Below are positions 9,334 to 19,710 of a DNA stretch of 64,000 nucleotides, one piece after another. Source of the DNA: Arthrobacter sp. (GTDB taxonomy: Bacteria; Actinomycetota; Actinomycetes; Actinomycetales; Micrococcaceae); the NCBI GenBank assembly GCA_023264815.1, contig JAHFUZ010000005.1, positions 65,842 to 129,841 on the forward strand, given 5' to 3'. How positions within the stretch are numbered: the first letter of the stretch is position 1; every line of letters starts with the position of its first letter. The notes below the pieces were generated by a model, which saw only the letters and a list, made by a program, of their open reading frames with translations, was not told the DNA's origin and ran no database searches. Made by a program: the position numbers and the translations under genes.

Positions 9334-9969
9334 ATGAGCACATTCCAGGGCATCCCAGCGGGGGCTTTCACGTTCTACGCCGACCTCGAGCACAACAACA
9401 ACCGGGAGTGGTGGCTGGAGCAGAAGGACAGGTACAACACCCTGGTCCGGGACCCGGTCACGGCCCTGCTGGCCGAACTGGAGCCACGGTTCGGGTCAGG
9501 CAGGATCTTCCGGCCCAACAGGGATGTGAGGTTCTCGCCGGACAAGTCGCCCTATAGGACCGCCCAGGGAGCCCTTGCCTCGGCACAGGAGGGCGTCGGC
9601 TACTACCTGCAGATCAGCGCCGATGGGCTGTTGGTGGGTGGCGGCTACCATTCGCACACCCCCGCGCAACTGGCGCGGTTCAGGAATTCGGTAGATGCGT
9701 CCGGCACCGGGGAGTCGCTGCGGCACATTGTGGATGGCGTGGCTGCGGCAGGCTTTGCCGTGGAGGGCGAGAAGCTCAAGACCGTGCCGCGTGGTTACGA
9801 CCGCGGGCATCCCCGGGCAGAACTCCTCAAACACAAGTCCCTCTCAGCCGGCATCGAACTGGGCCAGCCGGAATGGGTGGGAACGCCGGAAGCGGTCCGG
9901 CATGTGGCAGAGCTCTGGGACCAGCTGCGGCCGCTGGTGGAGTGGGTGGGCCGGCACGCGGCACCCTGA
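9334..9969 (+). CDS. DUF2461 (TIGR02453) family protein
   Basis: 211-aa ORF. The N-terminus FQGIPAGAFTFYADLEHNNNREWWLEQKDRYN and the later FRPNRDVRFSPDKSPY are characteristic of this family. Confidence 0.8.
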   Translation: MSTFQGIPAGAFTFYADLEHNNNREWWLEQKDRYNTLVRDPVTALLAELEPRFGSGRIFRPNRDVRFSPDKSPYRTAQGALASAQEGVGYYLQISADGLLVGGGYHSHTPAQLARFRNSVDASGTGESLRHIVDGVAAAGFAVEGEKLKTVPRGYDRGHPRAELLKHKSLSAGIELGQPEWVGTPEAVRHVAELWDQLRPLVEWVGRHAAP

Positions 9970-9976
9970 CAGCCGG

Positions 9977-10600
9977 CTACCTTTGGACGTTGCCGGTGCC
10001 GGACCCTTCTGCGGCCGCCAGCCGGTATTCGAGGTTGTTGAAAAATACTGTCAGCATCAGCTCAAAGGCCTTGGTTGCCGCCTCCGGCTGGTTCATCACC
10101 ACAAAGTCGAACTGCAGCCCATAGAACGTGGAGGTAAAGAGCCGGGCGTCTGTGTCGGCGTACTCCTCGGCAATGCCCTGGAACATCAGCCAGTCCCGGG
10201 CTTTGTGGTGCAGCATGCGGAAGTGTTCCTGAGCCGTGCCCCGCGGCTCCGCAGCCACGATGTCCTGGGCCGTGGCCTCGAATTCCAGCCGGGCAAGATG
10301 CCGGTTCCGCTGTGCCATGGTCCACTGCCAGGACTCCAGCAGGTAGGCCCGCCAGGCCTCACGGTCAATGTCCCGGACATCAGTGGTCCGCATGCTGTCC
10401 AGCCTGGACTCAATGGAACGAATGACCTCCGTGATCAGCTGCTCCCGGTTGCCGAAGTGGTACACCAGCGCGTACGCACTGATGCCCAGGCCGTCTGCAA
10501 GGGTGCGGAACGTCAGTTCGGCCAGCGTCTTGTCCATCAGGTAATCAAGGATCGCGCTCAGCAGCTCTGCTTTGCGCTCCGTTTTTGCGGGGCGGGCCAT
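9977..10600 (-). CDS. TetR family transcriptional regulator
   Basis: N-terminal HTH TFRTLADGLGISAYALVYHFGNREQL, with a helical C-terminal domain. Confidence 0.9.
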   Translation of the reverse strand: MARPAKTERKAELLSAILDYLMDKTLAELTFRTLADGLGISAYALVYHFGNREQLITEVIRSIESRLDSMRTTDVRDIDREAWRAYLLESWQWTMAQRNRHLARLEFEATAQDIVAAEPRGTAQEHFRMLHHKARDWLMFQGIAEEYADTDARLFTSTFYGLQFDFVVMNQPEAATKAFELMLTVFFNNLEYRLAAAEGSGTGNVQR

Positions 10601-10700
10601 GGATCCATCTTAGGGACGCGGGAGGGCCATTCCCGCCATCTGCCGCTCCGCCGAGGCCGGAAGATTCCTGTAGGTGGGAATCATCCCTATACATGGGATA

Positions 10701-11480
10701 ATGGGGGCCATGGAAGCGAACCCCTCTGGAGCCCGCACGCTGGAGCGCGGACTAAGCCTCCTCGATCACGTCGCCGCAGGAGCCCACCGGCTGGAAGACA
10801 TTACCAAGGCCTCGGGCCTGAGCCGCTCCGCCACCCACCGGATGCTGACCTCACTGGTGGCCGGCCGGTACCTTAGCCAGCAACCGGACCACACCTATCA
10901 TCTGGGCATCAAACTGCTGGAGCTCGGCACCAAGGCCGAGGCCACCATCAGCCTCCCGGACACCGTCCAGGCCATCCTCGCCGACGTCGCCAGGACCACG
11001 CAGGACACCACCCATCTGGGCATCCTCACCGGCAACGATGTCCTCTACCTTGCCAAGGCACGCGGCCACCGCGGCATCGAAATGGCATCCCGCCCGGGAG
11101 CCAGGCTGCGGGCCCAGAACACCGCCATGGGCAAAGCCCTGCTGGCCCAGCTCAGCAACGACGAAGCAGTCAAGGCCTTTGATACCGCTGCGATCGCCAC
11201 CCCGCGGTCCATCCAGGACGCTGAGGCTTTCCGGACGGTGCTGGACCGGGCCAGGGCCAACGGCTATGCCCTGGACGACCAGGAGAACGAACTGGGAATC
11301 ACCTGCGTTGCCATCGCCATTCCCGACCTGCTGGGCACGGTTGCGGCAGCTGTCTCCATCTCAGCGCCCAGCGTCCACATGACCCAGGAGCGGATCGATT
11401 CGCTCGTCGCCCTGCTCAAGGACGTTCAGCCGGAACTCAGCCGCTGCCTGCCACCAGGATTTGAAAGGGCCTGGATCTAG
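10701..11480 (+). CDS. IclR family transcriptional regulator (KdgR-like by context)
   Basis: HTH LEDITKASGLSRSATHRMLTSL followed by an IclR effector domain. Convergent with kdgK-eda. The start is ambiguous: GTG 10674, ATG 10701 or ATG 10710. Confidence 0.88.
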   Translation: MGAMEANPSGARTLERGLSLLDHVAAGAHRLEDITKASGLSRSATHRMLTSLVAGRYLSQQPDHTYHLGIKLLELGTKAEATISLPDTVQAILADVARTTQDTTHLGILTGNDVLYLAKARGHRGIEMASRPGARLRAQNTAMGKALLAQLSNDEAVKAFDTAAIATPRSIQDAEAFRTVLDRARANGYALDDQENELGITCVAIAIPDLLGTVAAAVSISAPSVHMTQERIDSLVALLKDVQPELSRCLPPGFERAWI

Positions 11481-11494
11481 CGCAGCTGCGCTAG
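11477..11494. terminator. 18-bp perfect palindrome at the IclR stop codon, between convergent genes
   Basis: ctagcgcagctgcgctag is self-complementary. There is no T-run, so its terminator function is uncertain. Confidence 0.35.
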
Positions 11495-11529
11495 GTCCAG
11501 GCCCATCGCCACAGTCCCGCCGGCAAGCG

Positions 11530-12480
11530 TCAGCGGGCCACCGGTTCGGTCGCGTCAAGCAGGGCCAGCTCGTGGCGGCGCGGCATGCCTTCCCAGTCGC
11601 CCGGAACAAGGCACGCGAAGGCGCCGGTGCGGACCGCCGTGAGCAGCCGCGCCTCCACGGAAGCCCCAGCCAGCAGGTCCGAAATGTAGCCGGCCACAAA
11701 GGCGTCGCCGGCACCCACTGTATCGATGGCGTTGACCCGGACAGCGTCCTGCGCATATTCAGCGCCGTCGATCACGGCCGCGCAGCCCGCGGCCCCGCGC
11801 TTGATGATCGCCTGGCCTGGCCCCAGGGCGGCGACCCGCCGGGCCAGCTCCAGGGAATCCTCGGACGGGCCCACCGCGATGGCGGCTTCGTCGTCGCCGG
11901 CGAAGACAATGTCAGCCCTGGCAATGAAGCTTCGGAAGACCTCGCCGGCATCGCCGGCGGACCAGAGTGCGGCCCGGTAGTTCAGGTCGAAGGAGACCAG
12001 CACACCGGTTTCCCGGGCGATGTCGAGTGCGTAGTGCGCGGCCTCGGCGGCCGACGGCGACAGGGCGGGCGTGATCCCGGTGACGTGCACCAGCCTGGCG
12101 TTGGCAATCCGTTCGGCCGGGATGTCTTCGCGGGACAGCCGGGAGCCGGCACTTCCGGAGCGGTAGTACCAGACCTTGAGCTGGTCCATGGTGCGCCGCT
12201 CTTTGATCATCAGGCCGGTTGGCGCCGACTCGTCGCGCAGCGGATCCACCACGATCCCTTCGGCGGCGAGCTCACGCAGGACGAGCTCGCCCAGGCTGTC
12301 GGTGCCCACTCGGCCCACCCAGGTCACGGACGTGCCCAGCCGGCGGAGCGCGATGGCGAAATTGCTCTCCGAACCGCCCATGCCCAGGCTGAGGGAGGAC
12401 ACCTGCGCCAGCGGACCGGGTGTCTGGGCCGTCATCAGGCCCATGGTCTCGCCGAGGGTCACGACGTCGGTGAAGGTCAC
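11530..12480 (-). CDS. kdgK: 2-dehydro-3-deoxygluconokinase (PfkB sugar kinase)
   Basis: 316-aa ORF with the PfkB signature DTVGAGDAFVAGYI. 4-nt overlap with the upstream aldolase gene. Confidence 0.87.
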   Translation of the reverse strand: MTFTDVVTLGETMGLMTAQTPGPLAQVSSLSLGMGGSESNFAIALRRLGTSVTWVGRVGTDSLGELVLRELAAEGIVVDPLRDESAPTGLMIKERRTMDQLKVWYYRSGSAGSRLSREDIPAERIANARLVHVTGITPALSPSAAEAAHYALDIARETGVLVSFDLNYRAALWSAGDAGEVFRSFIARADIVFAGDDEAAIAVGPSEDSLELARRVAALGPGQAIIKRGAAGCAAVIDGAEYAQDAVRVNAIDTVGAGDAFVAGYISDLLAGASVEARLLTAVRTGAFACLVPGDWEGMPRRHELALLDATEPVAR

Positions 12481-13142
12481 CGTGCACCCCTCGCCTGGAC
12501 GGCGTCCGCCACGATCGTGCTGAGCTGCCGGGACCGTTCGGTCAAGGCCCCGAGGTCGCCGCCGGCGAACGCATCCCGCAGCAGCGGGCCGCCGAGGCTT
12601 ACCGCCAGGGCCCCCGCGGCGATCCAGTCCGCGGCGTCCTGGATGCCGATGCCGCCGGACGGGATGACCCGCATGGCGGGGAATGGCCCGCGCAGCTGGC
12701 CGAGGTAGCCGGGACCCACCGTCGAGGCAGGGAACAGCTTCACGGCGGTAGCGCCTGCCTGCATGCCGGTGAGCAGTTCGGTGGGCGTCAGCCCGCCGGG
12801 GAACACCGGAACGCCGGCCTTCACGGCGGCATGCACCACGTCGGTCACCATGGCGGGTGTGACGAGGTAGTCTGCGCCGCCGTCGAGCGCCTGGCGGGCC
12901 TGGTCACCGGAGGTGACGGTCCCGACGCCGATTTCCGCGTCGGTGCCGAACTGCCGTTTGAGTTGAGGCAGGAGGTCAAAGACGCCATCGGTGCTGAGGG
13001 TCAGTTCGATGGACCGCACGCCGCCGCTGACGAGTGCCTCGATGACCGGGGCGTATTCCCGGGCGTGCCGGGCGCGGAGGACCGCCACCACGGGGTTGGC
13101 CTCAAGGATTGCGGACACGGGCTGGCTCTGGAGGGTACTCAT
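12477..13142 (-). CDS. eda: KDPG/KHG aldolase (2-dehydro-3-deoxy-phosphogluconate aldolase)
   Basis: 221-aa ORF with ...AVKLFPAST... and ...VIPSGGI... motifs and the TIM-barrel aldolase pattern. Operonic with kdgK. Confidence 0.87.
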   Translation of the reverse strand: MSTLQSQPVSAILEANPVVAVLRARHAREYAPVIEALVSGGVRSIELTLSTDGVFDLLPQLKRQFGTDAEIGVGTVTSGDQARQALDGGADYLVTPAMVTDVVHAAVKAGVPVFPGGLTPTELLTGMQAGATAVKLFPASTVGPGYLGQLRGPFPAMRVIPSGGIGIQDAADWIAAGALAVSLGGPLLRDAFAGGDLGALTERSRQLSTIVADAVQARGAR

Positions 13143-13322
13143 CGGGCCAGCAACCCGCCGTCGACCGGGAGAGCTCCCAGGACCATCGATTTTCTGCGAC
13201 GAACATCATTCCCAGCCACAGTTCACCATTTCTCTCTGATGCCGAATCATATTCCGATTATCGGGACGTAATCCCGAAAACTTCAGGACTGACTATATAG
13301 GGCATATCGCGCGCATCACAAC

Positions 13323-13362
13323 CAAAGGCACCCGGCCACTTGTGGGTGTCCGGGTGCCTTTG
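13323..13362 (-). terminator. Stem-loop downstream of the APC permease gene
   Basis: caaaggcacccgg (13323-13335) pairs with ccgggtgcctttg (13350-13362), giving a 13-bp perfect stem 48 nt after the permease stop. Confidence 0.6.
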
Positions 13363-13410
13363 TCAGTACTGGCCGCCACTGCCCGCGAAGGGGCTCCGCG
13401 GCGGCGGATG

Positions 13411-14994
13411 TTAGCGGCGGGTCGCTGCTTCCTCCGCCGGAGCGGACTCCGCGGCGGAATCCTGCCGGGCGGCATCTACGGCGGCTGCTTCCTGCGGGGC
13501 CGCGTCCACGGCGGACTTGGCCGCCGCGAACTTTTCGTTGAGGCGGGAGTGCTTGTGGCCGTACGCGAAGTAGATGGCGATGCCGATCATCAGCCAGCCG
13601 GCGAAGAAGATCCAGGTCTCCACGGCGAGGTTGGTCATCAGGTACAGGCACAGCACCGCCGACGCGATGGGCAGGACCTTGCCGAACGGCACGCGGAAGG
13701 ACGGCTTGAGGTCCGGGCGCTTCTTGCGCAGCACCAGGATGCCCAGGCTCACCATGACAAACGCCGACAGCGTGCCGATGTTGATCATTTCTTCAAGGAG
13801 GTCAACGTTGGTCAGGCCGGCCACGAGGGCAACGGCGGCGCCGCAGATGATCTGGAGGCGGACCGGCGTCGAACGCTTGTCACTGGTCCTGGACAGCGAT
13901 CGCGGCAGCAGGCCGTCGCGGCTCATGGCCAGAACCACACGGGACAGGCCCATCAGCAGCACCATAATGACGGTGGTGAGGCCGATCAGCGAGCCGAAGG
14001 CGATGACCTTGGCCGCCGTGGTGTTGCCCACGGCCTCAAACGCCGTGGTGAGGGTGGGGTTCTCCGCTGCCGCGAGATCGGTGTAGGACACCATGCCGGT
14101 CAGCGCCAGGGATACCAGGATGTAGAGCAGGGTGACGACGGCGAGTCCACCGAAGATGCCGCGGGGCAAGGTCTTCTGGGGGTTCTTTACTTCCTCCGCG
14201 GAGGTAGCCACCACGTCGAAGCCGATGAAGGCGAAGAACACCAGGGCTGCGCCGGCGAAGACACCGAGGGTCCCGTACTGAGCGGGAGCTGCACCGGTGA
14301 GGAAGCCGAAGAAGGACTGCTTGAGGACGTCGGCGGCACCACCGGCGGTGGGCTCGGCGGCCGGGACGAACGGTGCGTAGTTCTCGAACTTGACATAGGT
14401 GAAGCCCACCACGATCACGAACAGCACCACGCCGATCTTGATCAGGGTGAACACGTTGCCCACGCGGGCCGAGAGCTTGGTGCCCAGCACCAGCAGGACG
14501 GTGAAGATGGCAACAATCAGGAAGGCGCCCCAGTAGAGGTCAACACCGCCGACTGATAGTGCCGGCGGGACATCCGCACCCATCAGCGCGAAGACCTTGC
14601 TGAGGTAGATGCCCCAGTACTTGGCGATCACTGCCGCCGCGGTGAAGAGTTCCAGGATCAGGTTCCAGCCGATGATCCACGCGAGCAATTCGCCCATGGT
14701 GGCATAGGTGAAAACGTAGGCGGATCCGGCGACCGGAATGGCGGTGGCAAATTCGGCATAGCACATGATGGCCAGGGCGCACGTCACGGCGGCGATGGCG
14801 AAGGAGACGGTCACCGCCGGGCCGGCGAAGTTGGCAGCAGCCTTGGCGCCCACCGAGAAAATCCCGGCACCCACGGCCACCGCGACACCCATGATCATCA
14901 GGTCCCAGGTGCTGAGCGACCGCTTGAGCTTGCGTCCGGGTTCATCAGCGTCGGCGATGGACTGCTCAATGGATTTTGTCCGGAGTAGGTTCAT
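13411..14994 (-). CDS. APC-superfamily amino-acid permease (cationic amino-acid transporter-like) with an Ala-rich cytoplasmic tail
   Basis: 527-aa ORF. The N-terminus ...LKRSLSTWDLMIMGVAVAVGAGIFSVG... is a typical APC signature, with 12-14 hydrophobic helices. Confidence 0.92.
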   Translation of the reverse strand: MNLLRTKSIEQSIADADEPGRKLKRSLSTWDLMIMGVAVAVGAGIFSVGAKAAANFAGPAVTVSFAIAAVTCALAIMCYAEFATAIPVAGSAYVFTYATMGELLAWIIGWNLILELFTAAAVIAKYWGIYLSKVFALMGADVPPALSVGGVDLYWGAFLIVAIFTVLLVLGTKLSARVGNVFTLIKIGVVLFVIVVGFTYVKFENYAPFVPAAEPTAGGAADVLKQSFFGFLTGAAPAQYGTLGVFAGAALVFFAFIGFDVVATSAEEVKNPQKTLPRGIFGGLAVVTLLYILVSLALTGMVSYTDLAAAENPTLTTAFEAVGNTTAAKVIAFGSLIGLTTVIMVLLMGLSRVVLAMSRDGLLPRSLSRTSDKRSTPVRLQIICGAAVALVAGLTNVDLLEEMINIGTLSAFVMVSLGILVLRKKRPDLKPSFRVPFGKVLPIASAVLCLYLMTNLAVETWIFFAGWLMIGIAIYFAYGHKHSRLNEKFAAAKSAVDAAPQEAAAVDAARQDSAAESAPAEEAATRR

Positions 14995-15122
14995 AAGTTG
15001 GTTCCACGATCCTGAATAGTGTAGGAAACAGACTTATCAACTTTACCGTCCATCCAGTGGACGGCCATATTTGTCCCGAATGGTGAGACAGCCGGACTGC
15101 CGAACTTAATTGCGGGAAACGT

Positions 15123-15159
15123 CTTGAGGCCCTCCTTTCGAAGGGCCTCAAGGGTTTTT
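15123..15159 (-). terminator. Stem-loop terminator after the aldehyde-DH/ADH/DUF779 operon (bidirectional design)
   Basis: cttgaggccct (15123-15133) pairs with agggcctcaag (15142-15152). A T-run follows on the plus strand at 15155-15159. It lies 12 nt beyond the DUF779 stop. Confidence 0.6.
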
Positions 15160-15170
15160 GGTCGAACGGC

Positions 15171-15578
15171 TCAGGCTGGCCAATCCATCAGCGCCGACCT
15201 GATCAGGAAGCGTTTGCCTTCCGGCGATTCCACCGAGAACCCGCTCCCCCGGCCGGGCACCACATCCACCGTCAGATGCGTGTGGCTCCAATATTCGAAC
15301 TGCTCACGGGACATCCAGAACTCCAGCGGCTGAGGTTCAAGCCCGGCTGAGAGGTCGAACAGCCCCAGCAGGACGTCCGAATCGCCGGTGATGAAGTCGC
15401 CGGCCGGATAGCACATGGGTGAGGACCCGTCGCAGCAGCCGCCGGACTGGTGGAACATCAGCGGTCCGTGCTGCCGCCACAGTTTCCGGAGCAGTTCCGC
15501 GGCGTCCGCGGTAAGCGCCACCCGGGAGAAGTCCTCCCCGGGCAGCGTCACCGCGGCCTCAAGCCTGGTGTGCGGCAT
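15171..15578 (-). CDS. DUF779 domain protein
   Basis: 135-aa ORF with ...HQSGGCCDGSSPMCYP.... A 1-nt TAATG overlap with the ADH gene. DUF779 commonly follows aldehyde/alcohol dehydrogenase genes. Confidence 0.85.
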   Translation of the reverse strand: MPHTRLEAAVTLPGEDFSRVALTADAAELLRKLWRQHGPLMFHQSGGCCDGSSPMCYPAGDFITGDSDVLLGLFDLSAGLEPQPLEFWMSREQFEYWSHTHLTVDVVPGRGSGFSVESPEGKRFLIRSALMDWPA

Positions 15579-16600
15579 TAGAACCTCAGCACTACGCGGC
15601 CGTCAATCTTCGCGTGCTTCATTTCATCAAAGACGGCGTTGACCTCCCCGAGTTCCCGGACCGAAACGGTGGGGTGGATCTTGCCCTGGGCGTAGAAGTC
15701 CAGCGCCTCCTCCAGGTCCTGCCGGGTGCCCACAATGGAGCCGCGGACCGTCAGGCCCTTGAGCACAATCTCGAAGATGGGTGCCGGAAAGTCGCCCGGC
15801 GGCAGGCCATTGAACACAATCGTCCCGCCGCGGCGGGCCATCCCGATCGCCTGTCCAAAAGCCGACGGGTGCACTGCGGTGACAAGGACTCCATGGCAAC
15901 CTCCGGTTTCGCGCTGAATGACTTCAGCTGGATCTTCGTGCAGGGCGTTGACCGTCAGCTCGGCGCCGTGGGCCTTGGCAAGGGCGAGCTTGTCGTCCGC
16001 GATGTCCACGGCCGCCACCCGCAGTCCCATGGCCACGGCGTACTGGACGGCGATGTGTCCCAGGCCGCCGATGCCGGAAATGGTGACCCACTGGCCGGGC
16101 TTGGCCTCGGTCATCTTGAGGCCCTTGTAGACGGTGACGCCGGCACAGAGCACCGGCGCCACCTCGACGGGGTCGGATCCCGCCGGTATGCGCGCTGCGA
16201 AGCGCGAGTCCACGAGCATGTATTCGCCGAAGGAGCCGTCCACGCTGTAGCCGGCGTTCTTCTGGGCTTCGCAGAGGGTCTCCCAGCCGGTGCGGCAATA
16301 CTGGCAGTCGCCACAGGCGGACCAGAGCCATGCGTTGCCCACCAGGTCACCGACGGCGAGGTCCGTGACGCCCTCGCCGAGGGCCACCACTTCGCCCACC
16401 CCTTCGTGGCCCGGAACAAACGGCGGCGACGGTTTGACGGGCCAGTCTCCTTCGGCCGCGTGGAGGTCCGTGTGGCAGACACCGGTGGTGAGCACCTTGA
16501 CCAGCGCTTCCCCCGGCCCCGGGGTGGGGACTGCGATGTCCTGGATCTGCAGGTCCTTGCCGAATTCGGTTACTACTGCTGCTTGCATTGTCGTCGTCAT
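15578..16600 (-). CDS. Zinc-dependent alcohol dehydrogenase
   Basis: 340-aa ORF with the catalytic Zn motif GHEGVGEV, structural Zn cysteines CGDCQYCRTGWETLC, and a GIGGLGH Rossmann motif. Confidence 0.95.
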   Translation of the reverse strand: MTTTMQAAVVTEFGKDLQIQDIAVPTPGPGEALVKVLTTGVCHTDLHAAEGDWPVKPSPPFVPGHEGVGEVVALGEGVTDLAVGDLVGNAWLWSACGDCQYCRTGWETLCEAQKNAGYSVDGSFGEYMLVDSRFAARIPAGSDPVEVAPVLCAGVTVYKGLKMTEAKPGQWVTISGIGGLGHIAVQYAVAMGLRVAAVDIADDKLALAKAHGAELTVNALHEDPAEVIQRETGGCHGVLVTAVHPSAFGQAIGMARRGGTIVFNGLPPGDFPAPIFEIVLKGLTVRGSIVGTRQDLEEALDFYAQGKIHPTVSVRELGEVNAVFDEMKHAKIDGRVVLRF

Positions 16601-16639
16601 TGGCGAAATCCTTGCGTTGGTGTAGCGGTATAAGGCGGC

Positions 16640-18166
16640 TTAGAAGAAGCCGAGTTTGTTTTCGTTGTAGCTGACCAGCAGGTTCTTGGTCTGCTGGTAG
16701 TGGTCCAGCATCATGGCGTGGTTTTCACGTCCGATGCCTGAGGACTTGTAGCCGCCGAACGCGGCACCCGCCGGGTAGGCGTGGTAGTTGTTGACCCAGA
16801 CACGGCCGGCCTGGATCTCCCGGCCCGCCCGGTATGCAACGTTGCCGTTGCGGGACCAGACGCCGGCGCCGAGGCCGTAGAGGGTGTCGTTGGCGATGCC
16901 CATGGCGTCGCTGTAGTCGCTGAACTTTGTCACCGAAACCACGGGTCCGAAGATCTCCTCCTGGAAGATCCGCATCTTGTTGTGGCCTTCGAACACGGTG
17001 GGCTGGACGTAGTAGCCGCCGGCCAGGTCACCCGGAAGCTCCGCGCGGCCGCCGCCGGTGAGGACCTTGGCGCCTTCCTGCTTGCCGATGTCGATGTAGG
17101 AGAGGATCTTCTCGAGCTGGTCGTTGGAGGCCTGGGCGCCCACCTGGGTTTCGGTGTCCAGCGGGTTGCCCTGGACCATTTTCTCGACCCGGGCCACGGC
17201 GTCTGCCATGAAGGAGTCGTAGATGTCTTCCTGGATCAGGGCGCGGGACGGGCAGGTGCAAACTTCGCCCTGGTTGAAGGCGAACAGCGCGAAGCCTTCC
17301 TGGGCCTTGTCGTAGAAGGCATCGCCGGTATCCTCGGCAACGTCGTTGAAGAAGATGTTGGGGCTCTTGCCGCCCAGTTCCAGCGTGACGGGGATGAGGT
17401 TCTGGCTGGCGTACTGGCTGATCAGCCGGCCGGTGGTGGTTTCGCCGGTGAAGGCGATCTTGCGGATCCGGGGGCTGGACGCGAGCGGTTTGCCTGCCTC
17501 GACACCAAAGCCGTTGACGACGTTCAGGACACCGGCGGGGAGCAGGTCACCGATGAGTTCCATCAGGACCAGGATCGACGACGGCGTCTGCTCGGCCGGC
17601 TTGAGGACCACGGCGTTTCCTGCCGCGAGGGCAGGGGCGAGCTTCCAGACGGCCATCAGGATGGGGAAGTTCCACGGGATGATCTGGCCCACGACGCCGA
17701 GCGGCTCGTGGTAGTGGTAGGCGGTGGTGTCGTCGTCGAGCTGGGACAGCCGGCCCTCCTGTGCGCGGACGGCGGAGGCGAAGTAGCGGAAGTGGTCCGA
17801 AGCCAGCGGAATGTCGGCGTTCAGGGTTTCGCGGATGGGCTTGCCGTTGTCCCAGGACTCGGCCACGGCCAGCATCTCGAGGTTTTCGTCGATCCGGTCC
17901 GCGATCTTGTTCAGGATGGCCGCACGCTCAGCCACCGAGGTCTTGCCCCAGGAAGGGGCAACCTTATGGGCGGCGTCCAGCGCCAGCTCGATGTCCTCGG
18001 CGGTGCCGCGGGCCACTTCGCAGAAGACCTTTCCGGTGACGGGAGTGATGTTCTCGAAGTACTGGCCCTTGACGGGGGCAACCCATTCGCCGCCGATCCA
18101 GTTCTCGTAGCGGTCCTTGAAAGTGACCTTCGAACCCTCGGTACCGGGCTGTGCGTAAACAGTCAT
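16640..18166 (-). CDS. NAD-dependent aldehyde (acetaldehyde) dehydrogenase
   Basis: ELGGKSP and [12 protein letters not shown] (catalytic Cys) motifs. I chose the start at ATG 18166 (MTVYAQPG...), because the 45-codon upstream extension in the ORF track has no family-like sequence. Confidence 0.93.
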   Translation of the reverse strand: MTVYAQPGTEGSKVTFKDRYENWIGGEWVAPVKGQYFENITPVTGKVFCEVARGTAEDIELALDAAHKVAPSWGKTSVAERAAILNKIADRIDENLEMLAVAESWDNGKPIRETLNADIPLASDHFRYFASAVRAQEGRLSQLDDDTTAYHYHEPLGVVGQIIPWNFPILMAVWKLAPALAAGNAVVLKPAEQTPSSILVLMELIGDLLPAGVLNVVNGFGVEAGKPLASSPRIRKIAFTGETTTGRLISQYASQNLIPVTLELGGKSPNIFFNDVAEDTGDAFYDKAQEGFALFAFNQGEVCTCPSRALIQEDIYDSFMADAVARVEKMVQGNPLDTETQVGAQASNDQLEKILSYIDIGKQEGAKVLTGGGRAELPGDLAGGYYVQPTVFEGHNKMRIFQEEIFGPVVSVTKFSDYSDAMGIANDTLYGLGAGVWSRNGNVAYRAGREIQAGRVWVNNYHAYPAGAAFGGYKSSGIGRENHAMMLDHYQQTKNLLVSYNENKLGFF

Positions 18167-18297
18167 TGCTAGCTCCTTTGCTGTGCATGGGGCGGGGCCT
18201 GATGCCGGCGGCCCGCCGTTGCATTCAGCGTAGGAGCGCGAAGGTTGCAGCCAGGTTGCAACGGGGTGAGTCAGGTCACATGGGGCGCTCCCGGTGC

Positions 18298-19683
18298 TCA
18301 ACCGCCGCCGAGTTCGGCTTCCAGCCGCTCCAGGTCGGCGACGACGGCGGCACGCTTGGGTGAGCGCGGTGGCAGCAGCTTGAGCGCGGCAGTGCGGACG
18401 CCGACGTCGTTGATTGCCTCGGGGAGGTCCGCGTATTTGAGCAGCGTTTCAGCGCTGCCGTCGGTGAGTACTGCCTCCCGCATCAGCGCGGAGACCCGGT
18501 CCCGGAGCCTGATGACACCCGGCGCTTCGGACCGCGGCAACACGGCGCCGCGGTAGATTTCCAGGGCGATCCTGTGGGCCCCGCGCTGGAGGCAGCTGAG
18601 GACCTGCCCGCTGTCCGGGACAAAGTCCATGCTGAGCTTGTACGGCCGGGATTCGGGGACGGCGGCCGGGTTGAGCTGCTGGAGGACCTTGCGGAGCCGC
18701 ACCATTTCGGCGCGCAGCGTGATGGTGGACCCGCCGCCAGGATAAAGCTGGTCGCTGAGTTCCTCGGCGCTCAGGCCGTCAGGGTGGGTGCTGAGCAGGG
18801 CCAGGATTTCGCTGTGCCGTGCCGAGAGCACCACTGTGCGGCCTTCGATGCTGAGCACGGCCTGGTCGCGGCCCAGGAGCTGGAGGCTGTTGCGGTAGAG
18901 GCTGCCTTCCTTGCCGCCGTCGGCTCCCCCCGCCCGGCCGGACCCGGGAGCTGTGCCGGTGGTCCGCCGTCGGGCAGGCCGGCTGGCGAGGGCGGCCGCG
19001 AGCTGGAGGCGTTCCACCCGCAGCTGCGCCTGCGCGGCAGCCACGGTGGCTTCCACCAGCGAGAGGGTGTGTGGTGCCACGGCCGAGGCTTTGCCGGTGA
19101 TGTCCACTACGCCGAGCAGCGCGCCGGAATCCGGGTCGTGGAAGGGGACGGCAGTGCAGCTCCAGGGGTGCACGGACCGCTGGTAGTGCTCGGCCCCGGA
19201 AATCTGGATGCCGCGTCCCAGCGCGAGGGCTGTACCGGGGGCGCTGGTCCCCACGGTGGCTTCGGACCAGTCCGCACCGGCAACGAACATCATGCCTTCG
19301 GCGCGGCGCTGCAGGGCAGGATCCCCTTCCACCCACAGCAGCCGCCCCACCTCGTCCCCCACGGCCACGAGCAGCCCGCTGTCGTGGCTGGGCTGGACCA
19401 GGAGCTTGTGGATCACGGGCATGATGCTGGCCAGCGGGTGCTGCCGGCGGTATTCCTCGAGCTCGTCGTGGTCCAGGGCGAGGGGCGCTTCCGGGTTGTC
19501 CGGGTTGGCTTTCAGCTGCGCGGACCGCTGCCAGGATTCCCTGATCAGCCGGCGCAGCCCTGGGATTTCGGGGGCGTCCGGAAACGCCTGCGCCTCGAGG
19601 TGCTCGTGGGCAGCCAGGGCACGCCGCTGGGTCAGCGCTGACTCGTCGCCGGTGGCTTCCGGCGGCAGGATCAGGTTCGTCAT
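18298..19683 (-). CDS. GAF-domain transcriptional regulator with a C-terminal DNA-binding region; likely activator of the downstream dehydrogenase operon
   Basis: 461-aa ORF. The central region ...[35 protein letters not shown]... is GAF-like. The C-terminal ...[29 protein letters not shown]... is wHTH-like. It lies upstream of and co-directional with the aldehyde DH gene. Confidence 0.7.
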   Translation of the reverse strand: MTNLILPPEATGDESALTQRRALAAHEHLEAQAFPDAPEIPGLRRLIRESWQRSAQLKANPDNPEAPLALDHDELEEYRRQHPLASIMPVIHKLLVQPSHDSGLLVAVGDEVGRLLWVEGDPALQRRAEGMMFVAGADWSEATVGTSAPGTALALGRGIQISGAEHYQRSVHPWSCTAVPFHDPDSGALLGVVDITGKASAVAPHTLSLVEATVAAAQAQLRVERLQLAAALASRPARRRTTGTAPGSGRAGGADGGKEGSLYRNSLQLLGRDQAVLSIEGRTVVLSARHSEILALLSTHPDGLSAEELSDQLYPGGGSTITLRAEMVRLRKVLQQLNPAAVPESRPYKLSMDFVPDSGQVLSCLQRGAHRIALEIYRGAVLPRSEAPGVIRLRDRVSALMREAVLTDGSAETLLKYADLPEAINDVGVRTAALKLLPPRSPKRAAVVADLERLEAELGGG

Positions 19684-19710
19684 CGAACTCCCTCGGGCCC
19701 AAGCCTCGAA

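Noticed and set aside
13221-13227. GTTCACC heptamer (and GTTCACA at 21192 and 21256), considered as additional PHO boxes
   Set aside because: These are single heptamers without an 11-nt-phased partner and are not next to phosphate-related genes. They are consistent with the chance occurrence expected for a 7-mer in 64 kb.
14995-15120. AT-richer 5' leader of the amino-acid permease with a 7-bp hairpin (ccgtcca/tggacgg), considered as an amino-acid riboswitch or T-box
   Set aside because: It is too short and lacks any conserved riboswitch core that I recognise. It is probably just promoter and UTR.
18167-18301. 45-codon N-terminal extension of the aldehyde dehydrogenase ORF ([10 protein letters not shown]...)
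   Set aside because: The extension overlaps the 3' end of the upstream regulator gene and has no ALDH-like sequence. The conserved N-terminus starts at MTVYAQPG (ATG 18166).
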